Origin: Mytilus edulis
Lineage: Eukaryota
Assembly (NCBI RefSeq): GCF_963676685.1
Contig: NC_092345.1
Location: 89,218,001 to 89,282,000 of the forward strand
Length of the DNA stretch: 64,000 nt
Direction of reading: 5' to 3'
Below are positions 51,813 through 64,000 of the stretch, piece after piece. Positions within the stretch are counted from its first letter, which is position 1. The number at the start of each line of letters is the position of its first letter. Position numbers and translations under genes: made by a program. The notes beneath the pieces were generated by a model. The model did no database searches. It was not told where the DNA came from and saw only the letters and a list, made by a program, of their open reading frames with translations.

Positions 51813-52280
51813 AGGTGTCAGACCACCAATTAAAAATCCCTATCTGTTCAACCAAATTTTGCAATTTTCACAGCTTTCTAAATATTTTACCTTAAGTTTA
51901 ACTTCATATAAACCAGGAATATCCTTAATTGTACATGTATCAGCTTTCTACATGGCAATTTTTACCACACCTTTAAAGCCTTATAACAAAATAACTGACC
52001 TTCAAACAGAGGTACTCCACAAAAAAAACTGGTTTTCTGGAAATCTAAAATTAGTATACTATGGAGCGCATTCATCCTCAATTTTAATGCAAACTCATAT
52101 ACAAGTAAATTTTGGCTCAAAATGATCTAGATATATTTCTCTTTCACCAAAAGTTTCATTTCTGCAAATTTGTTGGTTAGTTTAAGTAAACAAGAACATC
52201 AAAAGCACTAATTTGTGTCAGAGTAGGGCTACTTTTACATACGTTCTAAATTGGAGGGAGTAATTGGTGGTCTGACACCT
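51813..52280. mobile_element. MITE (Kolobok-like)
   Basis: TIR AGGTGTCAGACCACCAATTA; flanks TTAA / TTTA. Confidence 0.8.
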
Positions 52281-52920
52281 TTTAGGGATCCAAATCTCTA
52301 GTTAGGTACGCAAAGGTTTTCGTAACTCATCCCGTATTCAAGACCTTGTAGCTGCTACTCAGAATGAATGAACCATCACCAGACATTGAGCAGAAAGCTG
52401 ATGTTTGATCTTTTGATTTTGCCATTTGATTAGGAACTTTCCGTTTTGAATTTTCCTCGGAGTTTGGTATTTTGGTGATTTTAATTTTTATACATTACAC
52501 AATTGTGCAATGGTCATTTTTGTATTCTTGTCTTGTCTTTGCTTTTTGCTTAGTCTTTGTCTAAAGAGTGTCTATATAAATGTGCACGAGATCAGTGAAA
52601 ATGGACGTCACACTTACCCTTTAAACATATAAATGAACTAAAATTAAAAATACATACAAGACTAACTAAGGACAGAGGCTCCTGGCTTGGGACAGGCGCA
52701 AAAATGCGGCGGGGTTGAAACATCTTTAGTAAAATGTCAAAATTAAAGAACGTAAACATTTTGACAGACAGATAATAACCCAACATGAAAGTCATTAAAA
52801 TTGAAGACATTTCTTGATACAAGCTATAACATGGGGGCTGAGTAACATATGAATTTTGTCACAAAATATTTTATATAAGACGTTATGTTATTCTGCTATT
52901 TTGAGAAAAGTCAATCAACA

Positions 52921-54840
52921 AAGAAAGTTTATACGTTGTCCCAGCCTCTGTATGTACATGTAAAAGGAAAGTTCATACGTTGTCCCAGCCTCTGTATGTA
53001 CATGTAAAAGGAAAGTTCATACGTTGTCCCAGCCTCTGTATGTACATGTAAAAGGAAAGTTCATACGTTGTCCCAGCCTCTGTATGTACATGTAAAAGGA
53101 AAGTTCATACGTTGTCCCAGCCTCAGTATGTACATGTAAAAGGAAAGTTCATACGTTGTCCCAGCCTCTGTATGTACATGTAAAAGGAAAGTTAATACGT
53201 TGTCCCAGCCTCTGTATGTACATGTAAAAGGAAAGTTCATACGTTGTCCCAGCCTCTGTATGTACATGTAAAAGGAAAGTTCATACGTTGTCCCAGCCTC
53301 TGTATGTACATGTAAAAGGAAAGTTCATACGTTGTCCCAGCCTCTGTATGTACATGTAAAAGGAAAGTTAATACGTTGTCCCAGCCTCAGTATGTACATG
53401 TAAAAGGAAAGTTAATACGTTTTCCCAGCCTCTGTATGTACATGTAAAAGGAAAGTTCATACGTTGTCCCAGCCTCTGTATGTACATGTAAAAGGAAAGT
53501 TCATACGTTGTCCCAGCCTCTGTATGTACATGTAAAAGGAAAGTTCATACGTTGTCCCAGCCTCTGTATGTACATGTAAAAGGAAAGTTCATACGTTGTC
53601 CCAGCCTCTGTATGTACATGTAAAAGGAAAGTTCATACGTTGTCCCAGCCTCTGTATGTACATGTAAAAGGAAAGTTCATACGTTGTCCCAGCCTCTGTA
53701 TGTACATGTAAAAGGAAAGTTAATACGAATTGTTTTTTTTAAATGCAAAAACTTGTTTAACATAAACGGTAGAACATATTATGTCAAATATGTTTGCTCG
53801 ACATTATTTTACCGGAAAGTTCATAAACACATGCATTTGAGCTCGTTATTAAAACATTGATACATATATATAACACCTACCCATATTAAAATGCACGGAA
53901 GCGTATTAGCAATACACATTTAAAAACACCAGAAGAAATTGGCGAATTACATGGAATCTTGAATTAATTTGTCCAACAAAAATGAAATTATACAGATTTC
54001 GATTTTACTCGCGACTTTCGATAAGAAATATACATTACAAAAAATAGAACTCATATTCTTGAGTAGTGTGTTTTTACCAAAAAGGATTGAGAAAGGATAC
54101 AGCCTCAGTATGTACATGTAAAAGGAAAGTTAATACGTTTTCCCAGCCTCTGTATGTACATGTAAAAGGAAAGTTCATACGTTGTCCCAGCCTCTGTATG
54201 TACATGTAAAAGGAAAGTTCATACGTTGTCCCAGCCTCTGTATGTACATGTAAAAGGAAAGTTCATACGTTGTCCCAGCCTCTGTATGTACATGTAAAAG
54301 GAAAGTTCATACGTTGTCCCAGCCTCTGTATGTACATGTAAAAGGAAAGTTCATACGTTGTCCCAGCCTCTGTATGTACATGTAAAAGGAAAGTTAATAC
54401 GTTGTCCCAGCCTCAGTATGTACATGTAAAAGGAAAGTTCATACGTTGTCCCAGCCTCTGTATGTACATGTAAAAGGAAAGTTCAAACGTTGTCCCAGCC
54501 TCTGTATGTACATGTAAAAGGAAAGTTCATACGTTGTCCCAGCCTCTGTATGTACATGTAAAAGGAAAGTTAATACGTTGTCCCAGCCTCTGTATGTACA
54601 TGTAAAAGGAAAGTTCATACGTTGTCCCAGCCTCTGTATGTACATGTAAAAGGAAAGTTAATACGTTGTCCCAGCCTCTGTATGTACATGTAAAAGGAAA
54701 GTTCATACGTTGTCCCAGCCTCAGTATGTACATGTAAAAGGAAAGTTAATACGTTGTCCCAGCCTCTGTATGTACATGTAAAAGGAAAGTTCATACGTTG
54801 TCCCATCCTCTGTATGTACATGTAAAAGGAAAGTTCATCC
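52921..54840. repeat. Homogeneous 44-bp minisatellite interrupted by a 373-bp insert
   Basis: Unit gttgtcccagcctctgtatgtacatgtaaaaggaaagttcatac; insert 53725-54097 is a copy of 50883-51255. Confidence 0.95.
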
Positions 54841-56299
54841 TTCGTTAAATATGTTTGAAGTTTGTTGGTTCACCTTTGTTGTATTGACTTCGTTAGATAA
54901 AAAAAAACGGGGAAAAGGCAGTAAATATGCAAATAATATTCAGATATTTTGTTGTTGTGTAAAAAAAATATGTATGAATAATAATGCGTTGTTTATATTT
55001 CACATATATTGTATATATTAGTTATGTGTCTGTTAGTTTTATTTTCTGACCTCTAGGACCCAGAATATCTATTTGATTTGTACTAGCCATGTATAACAAT
55101 TCAATGTTTAGGTCACACACTTCGAGTATTTAAACGTATGCATTATTTAACTTTTCCGTTCTGCAGAACGATATTTTGTATGATATTATACTAAGACGTC
55201 CTCCGTTGAGTGAGATGTTGAAATACTCAACCACAGTCAGACTGATTAGGGATGTCGAATATATATCGATGTACTGAACTGTCTTGTGAAAGTAGCGCTC
55301 TGCACGTATACATATGAAACTTAGCAATAATTTGTTGCTGAAGTTAATCTCATATCAAAATATTTTGAAAGTTCATTTGCTTGTTGTTAATTTACACACA
55401 AATATGATCAAATACAGTCAGAACATAACAATTTTCTAATTTTAGAATGGCGACAATATTGGTTAATGGACCAACATATAATTGAAAGACCATACAAAGG
55501 ATAACATGAATAGTCCAACGTATTAGACAGTGCAACAGCCAATTCCAACATACTCCTCAGCAAATTGATCAGGTTGCGTTTGGTTTAAATTGGACACATG
55601 TTAAATTTTGAATTTAGACACCGAGTAGATCTTTCAAAACGTTCACGACGGAGATACTAAAATGTTTACCACGAAGATTTTTCAAAACAGACCATTTAAA
55701 GTAGAAAGGAAAACATTATTCAATACTAAAGTAGATGGTTTATTATAAATCATGTTAGTACGTAGGTACTGACTACTGAGCTGGTGATATTGTCAGTGAC
55801 TTGGAGTCCACCAGCAGCGGATTGTTCCAGTGCTTTAAAAGATGAAATCGTTATATTATTTAATTTCATTTTTCCGAAGCGGTCTGTGAAGTGAATGTGT
55901 CTCTTATTTTTTGACGTTTTTTTTTTTGTCATATTGCTTTCTAACTGTATTGGATCTTTGACTTCCAAACATACTGTCTTGATCGTCCCTCGCCAAGTTA
56001 AATCAATGAGACCGCTTCGGACTGATTGTTGGTTGCTTAACGTCCTATTTGCCACTGGTACAAACTCAGTACTCATGTTCCCTATGATATGATCATTATA
56101 ATTTTTATGCCAAATTGGAGTTTTTATCCCGTTTTCACTGTCCATTGAACATAGAAAATGACAGTGCAAATGGGGCATCCATGTACTATGGATACATTCT
56201 TGTTGGGATTTTTTTTATAAAAAGATCAGTTTATTAGTCACTCAACCTTATTTTACACTACAGTGATCAATTTCAATTAATGTACATTGTAAATTGCAG

Positions 56300-56682
56300 G
56301 CGAAAGAGTGTTTAGATGATTTAGTCCTCAGTCAGGAAACAGACCAGTCACTTGCAGGGGGTAATCAGGTTTCTGAAGCGTCAGTTTGTGTAATTGAAAA
56401 ATTAGATAAACTGATAAAAAGATCCAGGGACCTTTAGAGAGTGCTAGTACAAGAACCATTCAGAGATATAAACTCAAGGTTAGGCAGTGCCTTAACTCTG
56501 TTTTTGAAACCATTTGTCCAGGTGAGGCACCATTTCTAGAAGCTGAACTTTATCCAGAATTATTGAAAGACAATACCATGAAGACACTTCTAGAAATATA
56601 CACTAAGGCTGATACATGGATGTTCAGACGACAGGTCTTATCTATCCTCACTGAGCAACTAAACTATGATGCATTAAGAAAG
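56300..56682 (+). pseudogene. Frameshifted exon resembling the N-terminal part of an invertebrate DDE-transposase-like protein
   Basis: ttgcAG ... AAG|GTAAGG boundaries; ...ASTRTIQRYKLK...ETICPGEA...LLEIYTKADTWMFRRQVLSIL... recalled from transposon-derived proteins; family uncertain. Confidence 0.45.
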
Positions 56683-58074
56683 GTAAGGATTATTCTTAGA
56701 TAGAATTCCATGTATTATATTTTTTGTGAAGGTTAATTTTAGACTAAATGTCTTACATCTAATATCATCTGTCCTTGACCTTGTTTTTATGTTTCATTAT
56801 TCATTCAATCATTGTTAGATTGTTGTGCTTTGGTCGTTTTTCCAAATACTTAAAGCAATAAGTCAGCTGTTTTTAGTGTATGGAACAATTAATATTGTAA
56901 GGTGTACATGTCTGTCTGTAAAGTATTATCTGACTTGAACTCATTTTCATGGTTCATTGGTCATTGAATTTTTTTGTTAAATTTGACTGTTCGTTAGATT
57001 ATATTTGATACTATAAGCAACAGGTCAATTGTATTTAGTGTTTGGAAAGATTGTAAGGCCTGGTCCGTCTGACTATATATATCATACAACATTGATTTTG
57101 TTTATAAAAAAATATGTGGTATGACTACCAGTGAGACAACTCTCCACAAGAGACCAAATGACACAGAAATTAACAACTTTAGTTCATTGTATGGCCTTCA
57201 ACAATGAGCAGAGCTCATACTTCAAAGTCAGCTATAAAAGACACCGAAATGACAAAAGTAAAACAATTCAAATGAGAAAACAAACAGTCTATTAAAATAT
57301 GACTTATGGTTTAACTTCAGTCATTTTGGACGAACAGGTTTCACAAAAATGAAGGAATCAAAGAATAATTGTAATTTTAGAAAATTGTAAATGACTTATC
57401 TGTTAGTGAAGATGCTCGTTCTGGTGGTCGATAACGTTTGATTTTGTCCGTTTACTGCACTTCCTCCTTTTGAAAATGCGTTAGATTTCGGTAGGTTTGT
57501 TATTATGTTTTGCGTTGACAAATTGAACAAACATAATGATGTGTATCTATCGTTTGAATTTCATCCAACCTTTAGGCCGTTTTCTGTTGCTTTCATGAAA
57601 AACGAGGTTATAACAATTATATTATTTCTTTTAGGTTTGTCGATTAAAAGTGAGTAAAAAATTAGAATTTTTAAAACTATCTGAAATTTTCTGATATTAT
57701 CCTCCTTAACAACATGAACTTAATTACTATATTCTCTTACTGGTAAAAATATATTGTGAGCACAAAAAATACGGCTCATCAAGACTTCCAATGCATCTGC
57801 ATTAAGTTTTCAAACATACTCAATATCTTCCCAATGCATCTGCATTAAGTTTTCAAACATACTAAATATCTTAATATAAACAACGGGAAACAGTGCTCTA
57901 AACGGGAAACATCATAAACTTTCATTAGTGCGGATAGATTTAAAGTAGTTTGGAAAGTCCATGAAGTCGATACTGTAAGTTTTTTTTAGGAAAGTGCAAA
58001 GGTAAACGCAATAAATGTTACCTGGCTTGAAGTTTTTCTGAACTGAGGATGAGTCATACCAAAAGACAAAGTGC

Positions 58075-58325
58075 TAAATAAACTCATCATAGATACCAGG
58101 ACTAAATTTTGTATATACGCCAGACGCGCGTTTCGTCTACAAAAGACTCATTAGTGACGCTTGAATCCAAAAAAGTTAAAAAGGCTTATAAAGTACGAAG
58201 TTGAAGAGCATTGAGGACCAAAATTCCTAAAAGTTTGCCAAATCCAGCTAAGGTAATCTATTCCTGAGGTAGAAAAGCCTTAGTATTTCAAAAATTCTAA
58301 ATTTTGTAAACAGTTAATTTATAAT
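58075..58325 (-). mobile_element. Retrozyme/PLE-derived monomer fragment
   Basis: Contains the hammerhead motif at 58118-58160. Confidence 0.75.
58118..58160 (-). ncRNA. Type I hammerhead ribozyme (G5A variant)
   Basis: cgtca-CTAATGA-gtcttttgtagac-GAAA-cgcgc-GTC-tggcg: stems I and II pair, palindromic stem III, GUC site. Confidence 0.8.
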
Positions 58326-58619
58326 ACACCTAATCGCTTTTTATTCCATTCTGGGATAAGTTCTAAAATTACACAACTTTTTCATCCAGTTGAAGCTATC
58401 TGGGACCCTGTTCAAACAATTATTATTCACCATGCATGATACTTTTTATTGAGACCTGTTTAAACTACCGTAAATACTTCAAACAAAATATTTTTTTACT
58501 TCAATTTTAATTTCGAAAAAGTGGATCATACTCTATAAAAGTTTCTTGATGATCGCTTTCTAAGGTGTTTCCTCCCTCAGCTCACTACTGATGACCTCTA
58601 TTCCCGGCGGCCTGGCCCA

Positions 58620-58814
58620 AACAGGAAGTTGTATAAATGACTGTTTTTCCCGGATTGGACTAAATAGCGATGTAATCGAGAGCCCTCAATATAAAAGCTA
58701 TAAACCACTCTTTTAGATTAGTTACATCCACAGAGTGAAATGAAAGATTCGATTCATAATACAAATGTAGGGAAAACGATAATAACATATTTATCAAACA
58801 ACCTGATTGTTAAG
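58620..58814 (+). promoter_or_regulatory. Pol II promoter and first exon of a plus-strand gene that continues beyond the window
   Basis: ETS site ACAGGAAGT (58621), TATAAAAG (58690-58697), Inr TTAGTT with A at 58720 (30 nt from the TATA), donor AAG|GTAAGT at 58814/58815; ATG at 58740 is open for 25 codons to the donor. Confidence 0.6.
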
Positions 58815-58859
58815 GTAAGTTAGATGTAAAAACATTTTTAGATTACGAATTCCTTAAAT

Positions 58860-59945
58860 ATGTTGACCTCAGACGATTTAGTTTTCCCCTCATGTAAATT
58901 GAATGATCATCACCCGAGAAGATTAAGTTGCAATGTTCACCCTAGAAGATTTAGTTTTAAGGGCATACGATACAGTTTTGATCCCGTATTTACATTTTGC
59001 TAAAAAATTTCCTTATAGACTATTGTTTACCTGATTAAATCAAATATGTAATAAAAAAAGATACCTTCATGTGCTATTTTTTGAGTAAAATGAGGTCGAA
59101 ATTTTGTATATTTGCTCAAAATTCGGATTTATGGCCGTATTTTCTCTTTCGAAAGAAAGACATAATATTTTTGTTTTAAAAGATAAACACAAATTGTTTT
59201 TTGTTAAATAATTTGTTTTTTGTGTATTTTGTAAGTATTCTAAAAATTTATACATTTTTTATTCAGAAATAACTCATATTTAAGTTGCAATGTTCACCCT
59301 AGAAGATTTAGTTTTAAGTTCACCCGAGATAATCTTTGTAATGTTAACGTAGAAATGTTTTGTTGTAATGTCAACCCTAGACGATTTTTGTTGTAATGTT
59401 CACCCTAGAAGATTTAGTTGTAATGTTCATCCTATAGACGAGCCAATAGTAATGTTCATCCTATAGACGAGTTAATAGTAATGTTCATCCTATAGACGAG
59501 TCAATAGTAATGTTCACCTTAAATGATTTAATGGTAAATTTCCCCATAGACGATCAATTTGTAATGTACACCCTAGAAGATTTAGTTCCAATGGTCACCC
59601 TAAACAATTTTAGTTGTAATGTTCACATTAGATTTAGTTGTAATGTTTTCCATAGACGATTTTGTGGAAAATTGTTTTCCCTAGACGATTTAGTTCTAAT
59701 TTTTACCCTAGACGAATGGTTGTAGGTGATATTTTAACCGTTGAAGATTAAGGTGCAATGTCCACCCTAAACAATTTTAGTTGTAATGTTCACACTTGAA
59801 TTAGTTGTAATGTTTTCCATAGACGATTTTGTGGAAAATGTTTTCCCTAAACGATTTAGTTCTAATGTTTACCCTAGACAATTTAGTTGTAATGGATGAA
59901 GGTGCTATTTTAACCGTTGAAGATTAAGGTGCAATGTTAACCTCT
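58860..59945. repeat. Degenerate ~31-bp minisatellite with a truncated MITE-like insert (58962-59279)
   Basis: tttagttgtaatgttcaccctaga-type units. Confidence 0.8.
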
Positions 59946-62339
59946 ATGCATTCAGATGTTCATTGTCCATTGTATTTACGCTTAGAAAGCAACTCATTGA
60001 TCATAGATTGTTATGAACAGGACAGTCATAATGATCAGTCAAGACAAAAGATTAATAAATGGGATCATAAAATGGTACCTGAATTTAGAGCTAATATCAA
60101 TGTTGATAGATTAGACAGGTTGTTTTAGAGTCTGCTAAGACAACGTTTGGAACACGAACTGAAAAACCCAAAAAGCGAGCCCCTAAAAAGAAGGGAGACA
60201 AGCCATGGTTTAATTATGACTGCAAATTTGCGAGGCAAAACTTTAGAAAGCTTTAGCGCAGGCTCAAATTTTCACCTTCGCTTTCATTATATAACGAAGT
60301 TAAAGATTCTGAGAGGAAATATAAAAAAGTTATGGACAAAGCCATAAAATCTCATAGACGTGATATGGCTAAAAAATTAAAAACCTCAGATCTCAAAATT
60401 CAAAAGAGTATTGGAATATTTTAAATAAGCGGGAACACACGAAACAACCGGACATCAATTTTGATAATTTGCTTAATTTCAGAGATATAAATTCAGGCAC
60501 CCCCGATCCTATTGAGTTACTCAAATGTAGACCAAGATGCTTTAAATGATTTAAATGGTACACTTAATGGTCCAATTACAAAGGACGAGATTATGAATTG
60601 TATTAAGAAACTAAAAAGTAACAAAGCCTGTGGCAACGATATGATTATAAATGAATATATTAAATCTTCTAGTGATTTTTTAATTGATGTATATGTTGAA
60701 TTGTTTAACTTAGTTTTTAGAACTGGGATTATACCAGAATCGTGGGTAATTGACACGATCAAGCCATTTTATAAGAATAATGGGAACAAATTTGATCCAA
60801 AAAACTGTAGACCTATCACAATTGTCAGTTGTGTTGGGAAATTATTCACTTCGATTTTATGTCATAGATTATTAAATTTTTCCGAAGAATTTTTATTAAT
60901 TAATGAAAATCAGTTTGGATTTAGAAATGGATATTCATCAGTCGATTGCATATTTATACTGCACTCTTTCTTTGAAATTTTGAAATTAAAAAAGAAAAAA
61001 ATGTTTTGTGCATTTGTAGATTTTGAAAAAAGCGTTTGACACAGTCAGAAGAGACGCTTTATGGTATAAGATGTTATTGAATAACATTAATGGTCATATG
61101 TATAACATAATTCATAAGATGTATGATAATATTAAGTCATATTTATCTTATAATGGCAATACATGTATATCAGATTATTTTTCTGGCAACATTGGCCTAC
61201 GTCAAGGGGAACACTTATCTCCTTTTCTGTTCTCACTTTTCTTTCATGATTTGGAAAACTTTTTTATCAACGAGAAGACTTAGATATTTATGTAAAACTG
61301 TTTGCAATTCTTTATGCAAATGATACTGTGCTAATGGCGGAATCGGCAAAAAATCTCGAATTGTTGCTAGATAAATTCCACTCGTACTGTTATGTCTGGA
61401 AAATGAAAGTTAATGTAGAAAAAATAAAAATCGTAATTTTTAGTAAAGGAAGGCAACCCAAAAATCTCAGTTTTACTTATGATAACTCTGTCATAGATAT
61501 CGTTCAAGAATTCAACTATCTTGGGGTCTATTTTTCACGAAATGGCACATTTAAATATTGTAGAAAACACATAGCAGAAAAAGCTACAAAGGCAATTTAT
61601 GAGGTGATCAAAAAGGGGAGAAAACATGGGTTATCTATTAGTTGTCAATTAGATTTATTTGACAAATTAGTGAAACCGGTCTTATTGTACGGTTGTGAAA
61701 TTTGGGGGTTTGTGAATAACGACATTTTGGAGAGAGTTCAATTAAAATTCTGTAAGCTTCTTCTGCACCTAATGTCTTTTACCCCAAATTGTGTAATATA
61801 TGGTGAACTTGGACGATATCCCATCAATTTAGATATTAAAGTCCGTATGGTATCATTTTGGTTGAAATTAGTATGTGGTAAACCGACTAAATTATCAGCA
61901 ACCATTTATAAACTACTGTTTAAGCTGTCAAATAAAAAATGATGTAAAGTTTAGTTGGTTAAACCATGTTGAATCCATTTTTAATGAAACGGGATTATGT
62001 TTTGTGTGGTTGTCTCAAACATGTATTAGTGACATTTGGTTAAAAAATACAATCAGAACATCACTCCAAGATCAGAATCAACAAACATGGTTTTCAAATG
62101 TGCAAGCATGTTCGAAGACATTAAATTATCGAATTTTTAAGGATACTTTTAGCTTTGAGAACTATTTTTATATTTTAGAATTTCGTGATATTTATACTTT
62201 ATCCAAATTTAGAACCATCAACCACAAATTACCCATTGAGATAGGGAGATGGACAAATATTCAGAGAGATAGACAAAACTGTAAATTATGTAACTCTAAA
62301 GATCTTGGAGATGAGTATCATTATATTATGATAAGATAA
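59945..62339 (+). pseudogene. Decayed non-LTR retrotransposon ORF2 (APE end + RT + C-terminal Cys/His motif; RTE-X-like, tentative)
   Basis: SDVHCP, KACGND, RPITIVSCVGKLFT, ENQFGFR, AFVDFEK(A)FD, GLRQGEHLSP, YANDTVL, GELGRYP, NHKLPIEIGRW...CKLC...GDEYH; multiple frameshifts and stops. Confidence 0.92.
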
Positions 62340-62734
62340 GATAATTTTATTTACCAATCATGGTGCCCAAAATTTGAGCTATACAATCAAATGAATTACA
62401 AAATAAAGCACAGAAAATGATTAGAATGATTAAAGTACATTTAAACAAAAAAAAAACAAAAAAAAACCCACATGAATACACATTTACACTAATTAACCTG
62501 ATATAAACCAAGTAATTGACAACATAGTTGTTATGGGTGCCACTATGATGTGCACAGAGATGTCAGTAAAAAGAAACACATTTCACTAAAAGGACATATT
62601 ATATGACATACAAACCTTCCAATCTGTTTTTTGCAAAATGAATTAATTCTCGAATCATTAGTTATCATGGTTATTTTATTTCCGAGATGTTGTGTTTTTG
62701 TCCTTTTTTTTATTGCATCTCAATGAAATCTTTT

Positions 62735-62920
62735 TTCTACAAATTGCCTAAAACTGGACAGGAAATTTGTTGAAATTTGTTTAAAAATTTCAGTCATTTT
62801 ACAAAATGACTAGGTAATTTTAGTCATTTTGTATAATGCCTGTCAAGATTAGGCATTTTGTAAACTGCCTGAAACTTCAGTCATTTTACAAAATGCCTAA
62901 ATTTAGCAAAATGCCTGTAA
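62735..62920. repeat. Direct/inverted subrepeats (gtcattttacaaaatg, aaatgcct), probable transposon end
   Basis: Repeated palindromic motifs upstream of the MULE fragment. Confidence 0.5.
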
Positions 62921-63359
62921 CATATATATATATATATTCTGGCTATTCCTGGGGGATTAGTGGAAGAACAATACATGTTGTTATTGCAAAATATGTTGAT
63001 CTAGTCATTAGTGTCTAATTTGGTCAAAGGTAAATTTACCTGTCGAAATTAAATAAAAATTATTATTTATATGTAAAAAATGAGACTTTTTTGTCTGACA
63101 ACATGGATAAAGTAATAATTTTAAGTATTTTAATACCATGGAATTTCTAAAAAATAAAACTAATTAAAAGAAAAGGAAGTGAAAGCATTGGGAAAATAAA
63201 AACAAAATGAAAGAAAAAGTAGTAAAAGCATTTAAAAGTCTGAAAAGTCTGAAAAAAGAAAATTAATAGTTACCCACACTTCAGCCTCGAAGAATTTATT
63301 AATTTAATTTTTTTAACAAATTACGATTTTAAAAAATGAATATAATATCAAAAGTACAG

Positions 63360-63681
63360 GGTAGAGAACAGCCAAATTCTGTGGAATCACTATGCAATAG
63401 AAGGTCCTAGAACAAAAAACAGTTTAGAAGGTTGGCATAGTAAGCTAAAGAAGTTGGTAGAGGCAGCTCACTCAAACATTTTCAGTATGATTAGTTTGTT
63501 GAGACAAGAAGAAGCTTTCCATGCTCTCACATTGATCCAGTACAGAGCTTGCGGGAAACGTATCCCAAGAAAGAGGAAGTACATGGAAAGACTCCAAACA
63601 CTGAAAATAAGGTTACAGAATGCTGAACTTACTCTAGTCGAGTATGGAGATGCTGCTTCTCATTTCCTGCACATTGATTAA
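63360..63681 (+). pseudogene. Mutator-like (MULE) transposase C-terminal exon/fragment
   Basis: LWNHY...PRTKNSLEGWHSKLKK...HSNIF matches the MULE W-N...RTNN..E.WH motif. Confidence 0.75.
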
Positions 63682-63811
63682 GACTTTATATTCTTTTATA
63701 TGTTCAATCATGTGGAATGTATTACTATGTGAGTGCTATGAATAATGTCAATTTAGCATACTTTTGGTGCTTTGTTTAGTGTAACTCAAAATTTAGTGCT
63801 TTGATTTAAAG

Positions 63812-63910
63812 AATGATTTAACATTGATATTTCAAATGATTTAACAATGATATTTCAAATGATTTAACAGTGATATTTCAATTGATTTAACATTGATATT
63901 TCAAATGATA
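63812..63910. repeat. 23-bp tandem repeat (~4 copies)
   Basis: aatgatttaacattgatatttca. Confidence 0.85.
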
Positions 63911-64000
63911 TTATTTACTTGTATATATTAGGTTTCATATATTATTGTAAATAATTGGAATTACTTGTGCATGCCATTATAGCTATAAATTCATATTGTA

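Noticed and set aside
52921-54840. CRISPR-like array and 68-aa ORFs
   Set aside because: Head-to-tail 44-bp units with no unique spacers, no cas genes, eukaryotic context; the ORFs are repeat translations.

Overview
AT-rich eukaryotic genomic DNA. The repeat complement (V-core tRNA SINEs, Penelope-like 3' fragments, hammerhead retrozymes) points to a bivalve mollusc, most likely a Mytilus mussel; this is an inference from recognised repeats. The left half (6.8-28.5 kb) holds a minus-strand cluster of giant exons encoding low-complexity, probably disordered proteins. Two are ~1290-aa signal-peptide proteins with the same architecture (short first exon, then one ~3.9-kb coding exon). Between them is an orphan Gln/Pro-rich terminal exon, which may be an alternatively spliced end of the upstream gene. 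The rest is mostly mobile DNA: an ~8-kb foldback element with ~650-690-bp tandem-repeat TIRs and a 6-bp TSD (IS3EU-like), Naiad-type Penelope remnants with SECIS-like hairpins, hammerhead-ribozyme relics, MITEs, SINEs, a decayed LINE, transposase fragments and minisatellites (one with a templated insertion). A strong plus-strand promoter/first exon lies near 58.7 kb. I found no prokaryotic features, CRISPR arrays, rRNA or true tRNA genes.
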